A DNA stretch of 64,000 nucleotides, taken from NCBI GenBank assembly GCA_040437565.1, contig JBDOQK010000047.1, forward strand, positions 62,001-126,000. The letters run 5' to 3'. The DNA comes from Albugo candida (taxonomy: Eukaryota). The stretch's first letter is position 1; each line of letters starts with the position of its first letter. Below are positions 12,423 to 23,200 of the stretch, in pieces. Made by a program: the position numbers and the translations under genes. The notes beneath the pieces were generated by a model, which was not told the DNA's origin, ran no database searches, and worked only from the letters and a program-made list of their open reading frames with translations.

Positions 12423-12782
12423 TCAGACCAACGTATCGCATTTTTGGAGAATCTGAAGAGAGATTGAGTCAATTCAATAGAAAAGAACGTTTACCACAAC
12501 GCCACTCACCTCTTTCATAAGTCTGATCGTTCTGGGATGCACGCTTTGATGAAGCTTTTTCACATTTGCTTTGATCAACTTCTTGGCCGAATCGTTTGTT
12601 TGTTTGCCATTCGTTTGATACAAAAACTGTTTGCTTTTGTGTCGTGATTTCTCAGGTACCTTTAGCGCTTTACTGTTACGTTTATTCCTTCTTTTCAGAG
12701 CTTTCACATCCTTTTTCTTTGTATTTTTCGACGTTTCTGTCTCTCGACCGTGCAGGAAAAGCTTTGTCACGCGCTCCGACAT
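12423..12782 (-). CDS. Small lysine-rich hypothetical protein (2 exons)
   Basis: ATG 12782, K/R-rich ORF, GAG|GTGAGT donor and CTTCAG acceptor giving ...LMKE|ILQKCDTLV*. Confidence 0.5.
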
Positions 12783-12841
12783 TTCTGTAGTACAGCAAAC
12801 CGCAAAACGATCTCAACCCTGAAACGACACAATTCGATGGA

Positions 12842-13462
12842 ATGGATCTGAGTGCTGGCATCGAAGACCCGACTGTGAGAGCTTTTGCAGCGTTCATTGC
12901 GAATCCGAGTTTCCAAAAGACTTTTGAGGAGTTTTTCCTGGAGAACTCAGCTGCTTTCAAGTCTGATGACGAGCATCGGCTCGAATATATGACCATTTAC
13001 CAGACGTTCCAAGCGAAATTCAATGAAAAAATGGAAGGTAACTACGATTCTGTGAAATGAATTCTACATACTCAGTCACAAGTCGCAGAGTTCTTGAGGC
13101 AAGAGGGTCTAAGTGAGGAAGAATTTGAGTCAAAATGCGCAGCATTGATTGAGAATCAAGCTGATCGAAAAGCCAATCAGTATCTCGATATCGTGCTGGC
13201 GTCCATGAGCTATGACGCTTTCTACAAGCTGATGCTGATAATGCGTCGAAGAGCAGAGGCAAAAATCCAAAGGAGTGGTATGCAATCCGACAAAAAGTCG
13301 CTCAAAGGTACCAGAGACGAAGAAGAGTCGAACGCTTGCGTGGATGACGACGAGAGTACAATGGAAGACAGTGAGGCAAAGTCGAGTATCAGATGCTCAG
13401 AAGATTCAAAAGACACTAAAGATTATAAATCTGCTAAAGAAACTCATGATGAGAAAAAATAA
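12842..13462 (+). CDS. BART-domain protein (CFAP36/ARL2BP family); intron about 13038-13089
   Basis: FFLENSAAFKSDDEHRLEYMTIYQTF...EFLRQEGLSEEEF...YDAFYKLM. Confidence 0.8.
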
Positions 13463-13490
13463 ACGCAGATTTACTCACCTTACAATTACG

Positions 13491-14447
13491 TCAATTCTCT
13501 GTTCTTTGCTTTTTGCTCATTGGTACCAGCAAATGGCTAATATTGAGAGGATTCATCGTTGCAAGAGAGGGTAATGGGCCATTTGATGGGAGGATTAAAG
13601 GTGTCGAAGTGGGAATTGGAGTAGGAGGTACGATCATCGAGGTTACTGGACTCGCAATGGGACATTCTGACGTTGTTGCTGGCACAGATGTCACTTGTGC
13701 TTTAAAAGTATATCGCTTGACTGCGCCTGTGGTCACACGTTGAAAGTTTTGAGTATCCTGCTCCATGTATTGTCTGTCAGCACAGACACGCCATCAGCAA
13801 AGTCGATTCTATTATGCATGAAACTCGTACTCGTACATTATGACGTCTTGAAAATGATCTTTTCCTCCGATTTCTGGCTCGCATCTCGGAAACATTTCCA
13901 AAATTTGTGCCATAATCTCTTCCGGTGTATGACTTTGATCGCGTCCTCTATTTGGATTCACTTTCTCCATTTTTTCAAAAGCGCGCTGTAGGAATTTGAA
14001 AGCGCTCATTGTGCTACAGGCCGACCGTATGGCCTGTAAGAAGTAAAGACGTGCTGGTCCGATACGAATTGGTGTCTTCGAAGTGAGTGGGATCACCTGA
14101 TTTTTGGCAATAAAACTTCCATTCACAAAAAGACCATTTTTCCCCAAACATTCCATTTCAAAGCAGCATTTCTCGGCATTCCATAAAATTTTTGCATGTT
14201 GACGTGATATTGCCTTTTGTTCCCCCAAAGAGATGCGTGAACCGCTTGCAACTGGTCCTGACGAAGGCACAATTGGTCCTCGTCCTAGTTCTGTTGGGAG
14301 GTGTGTAATCAAAGCCTCGAAAGCTTGATCATCGGCAATACGACCAGATAGTTTAGCGTAAGCGAGTGGTGGACGTTTTTCAGTAAAGTATTTCTCCAAA
14401 GACTTGCGTTTCTCCTCAATTGTTGGCACATTCGGATGCGCAGCCAT
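13491..14447 (-). CDS. FHA-domain protein (Fhl1/plant FHA1-like); one intron near 13774-13837
   Basis: AYAKL...ELGR...ISRQHAKI...LGKNGLFVNG...IRIG. Confidence 0.85.
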
Positions 14448-14609
14448 GACGCATGTGATTCGCTAATTTCTGCATGGTAGTACCGGTAATACTCCATTAA
14501 GTATCTCGATTATGATTGGGTAGATTTGATGTGGTGGCTGCCAGCCATTCCGCTGTTTTTGTAATTCAAAGTCTTCCGCTCTTCCGCTCCGCGAAAACAA
14601 AATCTCAGT

Positions 14610-15517
14610 ATGGCTGTCGGTATGTGTGATCAGTCACATAGTGCATCGTTACTTGTCTCCAACGAACTCTTTGCTCTCAATAGGGAAAAACAAACGCTTG
14701 ACCAAAGGCAAGAAAGGAGGAAAGAAGAAAGTGTGAGTATCTTTATAGGCGATTCATTTTGTCACAAGCTAATTTGGTACAATCGTGCAGTGTGGACCCT
14801 TTCACACGCAAAGACTGGTATGAAATCCGAGCACCGGCTATTTTCAGCGAGCGTACAGTTGGGAAAACGCTGGCAAATCGCTCTACCGGACTGAAAAGCG
14901 CCATTGACAACCTCAAAGGACGCGTTTTCGAAGTGTGTTTAGCGGATTTGAACAAAGACGAAGAACAAAGCTTTCGTAAAATCCGTCTCAGTGCTGATGA
15001 CATCCAAGGTTCCCAAATCATCACCGGTTTCCATGGGATGGATTTCACTCGAGACAAACTCTGCTCATTGATCCGTAAATGGCAAACTCTGATTGAAGCC
15101 TTTGTCGATGTGAAGACCACAGATGGCTATCTGGTTCGATTGTTTTGCATTGCGTTCACGAAACGACGTCCAAATCAGATCAAAAAGACTTGTTACGCGC
15201 AAAGTGCACAAGTCCGAGCAATCCGCAAGAAAATGGTTCACATTATGACCGAAGAGGCCAGCAAATGTGACATCAAAGACCTTTTCCTTAAATTTGTGCC
15301 TGAAATCATCGGAAAAGAAATTGAGAAAGCAACACAAGGAATCTACCCATTGCAAAATGTGTGTATCCGCAAAGCGAAAATTTTGAAGAAACCAAAATTC
15401 GATTTAGTGCGTTTGATGGAGCTTCACGAAGGAGGATCAGAAGACAAAGGAGCTAAAGTTGGAAAGAAAGAAGATCAAATGGTGGAATCGATGGCAGGCG
15501 CTGGTGGACGTTTATAA
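14610..15517 (+). CDS. RPS3A: 40S ribosomal protein S3a (eS1); two 5' introns
   Basis: Spliced [28 protein letters not shown]...[11 protein letters not shown]...IYPLQNV. Confidence 0.98.
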
Positions 15518-15692
15518 GGAAACAGCTCACAAAAACAGAGTCGCAAACCACATGAGATTTCTCTAGAAAATGTGTTATGAGCAAAACAAAGCGGAATTTC
15601 AAAAACTGTGAATTTTGATACCATGTCTGCAAGTACACATAACGGAAATCGTTTCTTTAACGGTTCTATACCTTGTAAGCTTCCATGTTGCC

Positions 15693-18600
15693 ATGAACCC
15701 AAAGACATTCTTAGGCGGCGATACGAATGGCCATGAAGCCGCTGACGTTGCGTTAGAGACATTACAGTACGAGCTAGAGCAACTCTACCGCCATGTACAG
15801 CAAAAACGACGGCAACACGCTTCCCATAATCACACAGAAACCGCTTCTAACAGCAGTGCGGAACACACTCCATTTCATTCGTGTCTTTTCGACACATTGG
15901 AAGAAGCGTATGCTCAGTTTGTGGACACAACTCTCTTTGACTCGAAATGGAGTGTAAATCTGCAGGAATTCCTATCTTCTTATTTCTCCTGTTACCAAAA
16001 CGTCGACTTTTATCAGCGCTTCATAGATCGCATGCAATCGGATGTTACCACTGCTTTTCCGTCATTTTCATCGCTTAAAAAGACACTCAAATCACATACG
16101 TTGCAGCGACTTGGCACCTGTAAGCAATATAATGCGCTCGCTTTACCTGTAGTGCCGTCCACGTACCCAAAAAGCCATTCTTCCGTTCCTTATCGCTATC
16201 GGCGCTCGAAATACCAAAAAAATAAAAATGTCTGCTCTTTGAACAGCGATGGACAAGCATGGAAATTCTATGATATACTCAAGAAATCGTGCAAGAAGCG
16301 CTCCTTCTGGCGATCCAATCGTTGGGAATCCAGTCGGCTCGTTCTGTTTCCCGATCAGCTACAAGTCTGGAAAGTCTCTACGAGCTCTATACACGCAAAT
16401 GAATGGAATTTGTTGGGACATAGCAATTCGTTTGAAGATACAACGCGTACATCCAATGGTTTATCATTTTTTCGTCGGAAAAGTAGTGCCAATAATCTCA
16501 ATGAGAATTGGATCGCCGGGACTCCGAAACACGTCAAGTCATTTTTGTATCGGGATTTGATTGGGCTGGAATTGGTCCCATTACCTCGCGAGGAAGCACC
16601 AAAGAAGGCTCGTTTTGGGATTCAAATGATCTTTCAAAAGACTTTGCAACATCCCGATGGATCGACGTTGAGCACGGACGGCCCGAGCAGCATGGTCTCG
16701 ATCCCAAGCAACTGTGTGATGCCTCCAGCATCTGGAATTCGACGACATTCCCTTCCATACACACCGGATGAGCTCGATGATGTATCAATCTCCGCGACTC
16801 ATCGTCCTCACATCGCCTTGAATAATGGGAATATGACAGCATCTCCAAAGTGTTTGAAAGCTGTCTTGCTCTCATTTGCTGAAGACGCACCCGAGAAATT
16901 GGAATATCTCATTCAAGAAATCGCGGTGTTGGCATTTTGGGAACGATTAGAAGCTCTAATGTCATTTCTCGCACGCTCTTTTGAAGAGTCTCAAGAAGAA
17001 ACAGAAGAAAATACGATCCAGAAAGCCTTATCGGTGATAGGAAATGTCTTATCGAAATGGTCTCATATCGCTGGACACGCTCTCTGCTCGTTCACAACTC
17101 CGCGTGGGACCCTCGAAGTCACATCGCTCGCCTCGCAATTGTTTGGAAAAGATGAAAGAGCTCCCTTCAAATTTGAATTCACTCCGGTACAAGCGTTAGT
17201 GATCATTTTGGCTGTATTGCGTAAAAAGGAATCAGCAGCTTACTCGGCCACCATACGTCCGATAATCGCAGATATCCTTCGAAATATGACCACAAGAGGG
17301 CCTGATGCTGTCATATCACTGCTGGAATGGGAGTATGCTCGTGATGTCTTATTTCCCGATACTCCTCAGCCGATGGAAGCATTAGAAGCGTTGCTGGGGG
17401 AAGAGCTTACTTGGACTCTTATTAAAATCAAATGTACCACCCGGAAATCGTCCAAGACTGCGTACCTCAGTGAATGGAGCGTTTTGAATTTCCTGATTTG
17501 GCTCGGCGATATTTGTGGCGTCAAACGTGTGCTCGAAAATGACGCGTCATCGAAGGAGAACATCACGCTTCAAGACTTTGAAATTCTCAAAAATGGACGA
17601 TATCAAACGAATCGTTTGCCGAAAGCCACGATGCACGCGTTTTTTCCTTATGAAGCAGTAAAACGACAGGAACAAATGGCACTTATCTTGCTCCATGCGT
17701 CCACCACGCAGCTTCGTGGAGGCTCTGGAATGACTTCACTGATGGAAATTGCAGTACAAGCACAATGGTGGCAATTTGCGTATCGTCTGTATGAGCTTGC
17801 CAAGGCGGAAGACATTTCGTACCCCGTCGAACACGTGCTGGAATGGACTATCCAAGAAATTCCACTGAAAGAAGACTGTGAAGAAGAGCAACAGTGTCAA
17901 AGCTGGCAGCAGGCAATGACGTTTTTCAACGTTTTAGCGACGCAAGTAGCTCCACGAACATGGAAACGAGAAGCAAAGCTGGTGTTACTGAGCCTCGTGC
18001 ATTGTCAGCAGGAAATTGTCGAGCTTCTCCTCGATCAAGGCTGCTCGGCTCACGATATTGAGACATCCAAAGCGTATGAATTACTGATGCAAAATAATTC
18101 TCTTCCTATTCGTCGTGAGATTCTCAGTCAAAGTGCGAGCTATGAGGATCCAAGCAGGCTGTCGTTGCTCCACGTTGCGATTCAAATGGGGCTTTCCAAC
18201 GCAGCAGTGAAATTGATTGACGCTGGTGCGACAATATCGACTTTGAATGCAAAAGGGTATTCGCCATTGGTGGCCACAGCTCTCAATGGAATGGAAGATC
18301 TCAGTTGTCGGATTCTCAATCACATTCAGTCGAATTCGGGGATACAAGAATCAGCTGCCGAGAAATTTCTGATTGTGCCCGAAACCAATGAACCGATCTT
18401 CGTGGAGCTCATTCGTCGGGAACGCTGGGAATTAGCCGTAGTGATCTGCGATTTCTTGCTTCATGTAGCTCCATCAATGCTTCTTTCGACTATAAAAGAG
18501 CGTAATTTTTTGCATGTGTTGCTGCTGGAGCTTCACGCGCTTTCTCAACTACTCAACTGCTCGGAAAACGGTCTCAGTGTGACGATGAAAGCACAGCTCA

Positions 18601-20225
18601 TATTCCGAATGCTCGATCTGATCCTTCAGTTCTCATCGCCACAGAACGTCCTGAACGCTCTTCTCGAAGAACAAACCGCAATGTCGATCGCTGTTGCAAC
18701 TGTATCGATTTATAACAAGACGACAACAAGCACACGATGTCGTATCCTCACAGATGCATCGACATGCTTGGAAGGCTCCTACGAGCAGCGAATCATGCAC
18801 ATGACGGCGTTCCAGCTTGCCTGCACGCTCGAAAGTCCGATTCAAAATGGACTTGGCAGACAGTTTATATTCGAGCTGCTGGCCATGTTGCTGGGAGCCT
18901 TGGAGCACCACAAGAAGCATCCTAAAGTGAGAGATCTGTTGCATCACGCACTATCGACAAGTCTGATCTTCATGGGAACTTGTGATGCCACGAATTATCT
19001 GCTCATGTACGCCAAAGACGAGTTGCCTGAAGCCTCACGAATCGCATTGGCAACATGCTCCCCATGCTCTTCATTGACATCGGAAACAACGACATTGCTC
19101 CATTTAGCAGTCCTCCAGCCGCAATTGACAAATTTGGAATCTGTTGTGATCATTTATCAAATGTTGGAGCTCTTAGGCGAAAAAAATGGATCAGTGAGCA
19201 GTTGGGATCGAAATGGATGGACACCATTACATTTGGCAGTTCTGAATGGCTGTGATGATCGTGTGATTCGTTTCTTTGCTCGATTCAAACTCGATCTCAG
19301 TCCGTGGAGTGAGACATCGGCCGCGTCTGATATTGGAATGATGCTGACGCCATTCATGCTCGCGGCTTTGACGGGGAATGTGATCGCATTTCGATGTCTG
19401 ATGGAGAATGGGGTGAGCATCCTACAAGTGATTCCAGGCGCCCAGGCTTCCATCATCCACATTCTCGCCCAATATCTACCAAAAGAATTGACCATTGGAA
19501 TGCTCGAGATCTTGGATATGGTTCTTGCAGACCCGACGTTGGAGACATTCCATCTGATTGATCGTCGAGGCGTGTCGCTGGAGGAAGCAAAGCAGTGTCT
19601 CGAGAAGATTTCCATCACACAAAAGCGTCAGCGGACAACTTCCCTTGGAGGTTGCACTCGTTTTGGAAGATCATCCGTGTCGTCGAAAACGCTTGAATGT
19701 GCTCCCATTTCCGCTATTCAGCAGCAGCATATGGAAATGCTGTGGCGAAAGCTTCAAGAAGAAGAACATTTGGTGCTTACAGCCATTGCAAAAGAAGCAG
19801 AAGCTGAGGCAAAAGAATGGCTTCAGAAGCGTATCGGACAAAAGAAAATCGCCGTTGAAGCTCAAGCACTTTTTCTGGAAAAGCAGCAACACAGCGAGGA
19901 AGAGGAACTTGAATTAGAAGACCATGATTCCGTTCCTGTTGGCCTTGCTTCTGTCGATTGGCGCATGGAAGCTCGGCTGGAAAAGCTAAAATCTCGCGTC
20001 TCACAAGATTTCGTGAGTAAACACGTCAGAGAAATGTTGGAATTGGCGCGTTTGGAGATTCTCAAAGAGAAAGAAGCGATTCTGCTGGAGACTGATGTCA
20101 TTCCTTCAGGCCAAGCCTCGATATGTAGCGACAAAAGCAGGTTGGATTCCGATAGCGATGCACTTTCATACATGAAAACTATCAACACTATCAGACATCG
20201 TCGGCATGAAAGTTGCGATCTCTAA
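15693..20225 (+). CDS. Large ankyrin-repeat protein with N-terminal PH-like region and C-terminal coiled coil (about 1510 aa)
   Basis: GWTPLHLAVLNG, LTPFMLAALTGN, SLLHVAIQMG..GYSPL ankyrin motifs; LKKSCKKRSFWRSNRWESSRLVL is PH-like. Confidence 0.75.
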   Translation: MNPKTFLGGDTNGHEAADVALETLQYELEQLYRHVQQKRRQHASHNHTETASNSSAEHTPFHSCLFDTLEEAYAQFVDTTLFDSKWSVNLQEFLSSYFSCYQNVDFYQRFIDRMQSDVTTAFPSFSSLKKTLKSHTLQRLGTCKQYNALALPVVPSTYPKSHSSVPYRYRRSKYQKNKNVCSLNSDGQAWKFYDILKKSCKKRSFWRSNRWESSRLVLFPDQLQVWKVSTSSIHANEWNLLGHSNSFEDTTRTSNGLSFFRRKSSANNLNENWIAGTPKHVKSFLYRDLIGLELVPLPREEAPKKARFGIQMIFQKTLQHPDGSTLSTDGPSSMVSIPSNCVMPPASGIRRHSLPYTPDELDDVSISATHRPHIALNNGNMTASPKCLKAVLLSFAEDAPEKLEYLIQEIAVLAFWERLEALMSFLARSFEESQEETEENTIQKALSVIGNVLSKWSHIAGHALCSFTTPRGTLEVTSLASQLFGKDERAPFKFEFTPVQALVIILAVLRKKESAAYSATIRPIIADILRNMTTRGPDAVISLLEWEYARDVLFPDTPQPMEALEALLGEELTWTLIKIKCTTRKSSKTAYLSEWSVLNFLIWLGDICGVKRVLENDASSKENITLQDFEILKNGRYQTNRLPKATMHAFFPYEAVKRQEQMALILLHASTTQLRGGSGMTSLMEIAVQAQWWQFAYRLYELAKAEDISYPVEHVLEWTIQEIPLKEDCEEEQQCQSWQQAMTFFNVLATQVAPRTWKREAKLVLLSLVHCQQEIVELLLDQGCSAHDIETSKAYELLMQNNSLPIRREILSQSASYEDPSRLSLLHVAIQMGLSNAAVKLIDAGATISTLNAKGYSPLVATALNGMEDLSCRILNHIQSNSGIQESAAEKFLIVPETNEPIFVELIRRERWELAVVICDFLLHVAPSMLLSTIKERNFLHVLLLELHALSQLLNCSENGLSVTMKAQLIFRMLDLILQFSSPQNVLNALLEEQTAMSIAVATVSIYNKTTTSTRCRILTDASTCLEGSYEQRIMHMTAFQLACTLESPIQNGLGRQFIFELLAMLLGALEHHKKHPKVRDLLHHALSTSLIFMGTCDATNYLLMYAKDELPEASRIALATCSPCSSLTSETTTLLHLAVLQPQLTNLESVVIIYQMLELLGEKNGSVSSWDRNGWTPLHLAVLNGCDDRVIRFFARFKLDLSPWSETSAASDIGMMLTPFMLAALTGNVIAFRCLMENGVSILQVIPGAQASIIHILAQYLPKELTIGMLEILDMVLADPTLETFHLIDRRGVSLEEAKQCLEKISITQKRQRTTSLGGCTRFGRSSVSSKTLECAPISAIQQQHMEMLWRKLQEEEHLVLTAIAKEAEAEAKEWLQKRIGQKKIAVEAQALFLEKQQHSEEEELELEDHDSVPVGLASVDWRMEARLEKLKSRVSQDFVSKHVREMLELARLEILKEKEAILLETDVIPSGQASICSDKSRLDSDSDALSYMKTINTIRHRRHESCDL

Positions 20226-23200
20226 GCTTGAATGGCTCGATCCAGCTGCGTGAGACACCACTAGAAGACCAGTACGTTATTTACGGAATGCAGTATCAAA
20301 GTGGAGATCGTACCTTTCCGAAAAGCTCGGCGCTTATCACTCCATCGACACTGATATTCAGTGCATGGAAGCAGTCTTTTGCAATCGATCGAGCCACATC
20401 GTCCACTGTCATTTCTTCCACCAGCACGCTCAACTGTTTATCGTTCGATATGATGTCCAACACGCGAAGCATGGACGCCATATAAGCGCTGAATGTATGC
20501 ATACTCAAGCCATTGTCGGATTTCCATAGCGAGAATCCCGCTTTGACTTTTTTCTCCATCGCTGAAGCCGCAAGAACACTCAATCCACTGCCGAATTCCC
20601 GGAAACTGATCTCATTTGATTGATTGTGATCAAATGCGCGGAATAGTCTTCGAATCGTGTCATCGGCGTTTGTATCGACCGCTTTTTGACTTTCAAACAG
20701 CTTTCCAATCTGCTGAAAGCATTTCTTGAAAGAAGCAAATGTCAATTCCCCGGACGGTGCTTCATCTGAGAAAACTTCCAGCAGATCTTTGACATTGAAC
20801 TGATTCAGCTGTAAGCAGTGTTGTGGTCCCATACTCTTCCCTTGTAACGCATCGACAACCAGATATATCGCATGACTCCAAGGCTTACCTCCCAATGCAG
20901 ATTGCCCGGCTGTCTTGAGTATTTCAACAGCGGGTTGATCGCGAATGAGATCTGGAGATGAATACGTATACCACCTGACAAATTCCTCGAATGTCAGCTT
21001 GCCATCGTGATTCAAATCCGCTTCCGCAAAGCATTGCTCTGCAGTCACAAGCGCTAATTCCGACGGAGAAATACCCAAATTGTCGCGTGTTTCCGGGCTG
21101 GTTTCAAAAAGAATACGAAAGACGCTGGTCAAATAACGCGTCATCTCATCCAAAGCGATCAAACCGTCTTGATTCAGATCGTACAGCGCAAATGCCGCTC
21201 GAATTTTCTCTTCTCGCGAGCCTCCGCAGAGGATCGAAATACCACTACTCAGCTCACAGAAATCCACCACGCCGTTCCCATCGGCGTCAAATGCGTCGAA
21301 TAACCGATCAATGATTCCTTCCAGACGAGTATCCGTATTCCGTTCCTCTCCACGCTGTGTCAGAGATCGAAAGCACTCTGTAAACGCTTCTCGGGTTAAC
21401 GTTCCATCGTTCGGGTCACATCGTTCAGCAAAGACTTCAAACACACTTTCAGGAGCGTGTCGTTCGAGTTGTGTCAATTCGCGTACGAGCTGTAGTGAAA
21501 TAGAGTCTTGTACCATTTCCGAATCGCCTTCCATGGAGCTCGGCTGTGTGTACCAAATGCTAAATTCTTGATACGAAAGCTTTCCGTCTTGATCGGAATC
21601 CGCCTCACGAAACGCTTCTGCAGCCGTAGTGGTGCCGAGGTGTTCGGGAGATACGCCCATTTTCGCTTCCACATTGGGATTCAGTTCGAAGAAAACTTTG
21701 AAGACACACGTGAGGAAGAAACGCATTTCACCCAAAGAAATGAATCCGTCGCTGTTGAGATCGTACAATTCAAACGCCGTCTTGAGCTTTTCCTCGTGTC
21801 CACGTCCACAAAGAAGGGAGACACCACGTTCCAGCTCCGCTTTATCGAGCAGTTGATCCTCGTCACGGTCGAAGAAGGAGAACAAATGATCTGCATGTGC
21901 GCGTACCCTTTTGACTGCTCCTTGAAGCGCGCTGTTCGATGCAAACGCACACAAAGTCTCCGTGAATACTGCTTTACTGACGAGTCCATCTTGTGCGTGG
22001 AAGGATCGTCCAATGTCCTGGCAATCGATTGAGATGAGACGTCCGACTTCGCGGACAAGAAGCCAGTTGGAGCCTTTATTGTCAATGAGACGCTCCATGC
22101 ATCCCGTCCATGTCTGCGCGTACCATACGGAAAAGTCTTGACGATTGAGAACGCCATTCCCATCATCATCGACATCTTCAAATGCTCGCATGGCGCTCTG
22201 TTCAGCCAGCGCGTCGATGGATTCATTTCCTTCTCGAAATCCCAATGGCATCGCGCCGGGTGGAAATGCATCTTTCAGCACATAAAACACCGAAATGAGA
22301 TGTTGGACCATTCCTTCCGGAGAGATAACTCCATCTTCACTGAAATCGAATCGTTCAAAGGCTTTAGCAGCGAGCGCATCAAAACTCCCTCCACAAGCGA
22401 TTCTGAGAGCTTGCCGGTATTCGCTCCATGCAACACAATTGGTATCATCGACGTCAAATAGCGCGAAAAGCTCCACGATCCGGTCGTAGATGAGCTCATT
22501 CGATCCTTCCGTTCCAAACAGAGTCTGGACGCATTTCTCCATATCTGTTCTCTTGAGGCTGTCTTCTTTCGCACAATTCGATGCGTCTTCGAAAAAGCCT
22601 GAGAGCAACGCAGTCGACTTGCCTGATAGCTTTTCTTCATGTTTGTTTGTTTTATCAACGTCCAAGTACCAATTTTCAAAGTCCTCAATGCCCAAACTCG
22701 CGTTGAATTCGACTTGAGCGTCCGAGAAAGCCTGTCTTGCTGTTATACGACCCAAATCTTCCGGAGAGATATCGATCATCCGCTCATCGGAAATGCGATA
22801 AAGTACTTTGTACACAGCGCTGAGGTATCGCGTCAGATTCTCAAGTGAGATGCATCGATTCCCATCATCAAACAACGTGAGCGCCGCATTCATTTTGTCT
22901 TCCCTCGAGCCGCCACAAATGACCGAAATCCCACTGCAAAAGTCTGCAAAATCGATAGACTCCTTTTCCGAATCGAACACATCGAATAACGTGTCGACCA
23001 TTGATTCATAGTCGACTCTTTGATCCTTTCCGAGGTCGTTGAGAGCGTTTAAAAGCGCTGAGCGAGAGAGTTGGCTATCTCTCGCAAAACTCGCTAGAAG
23101 CAGGAACAGATGACCGGGATCATATCGCTCAAAGTCCATCACGTGTTGGATATCGCGGATCGATTTCACCGCTTTGAGTGGCGGTACCATTATGCCCAAT

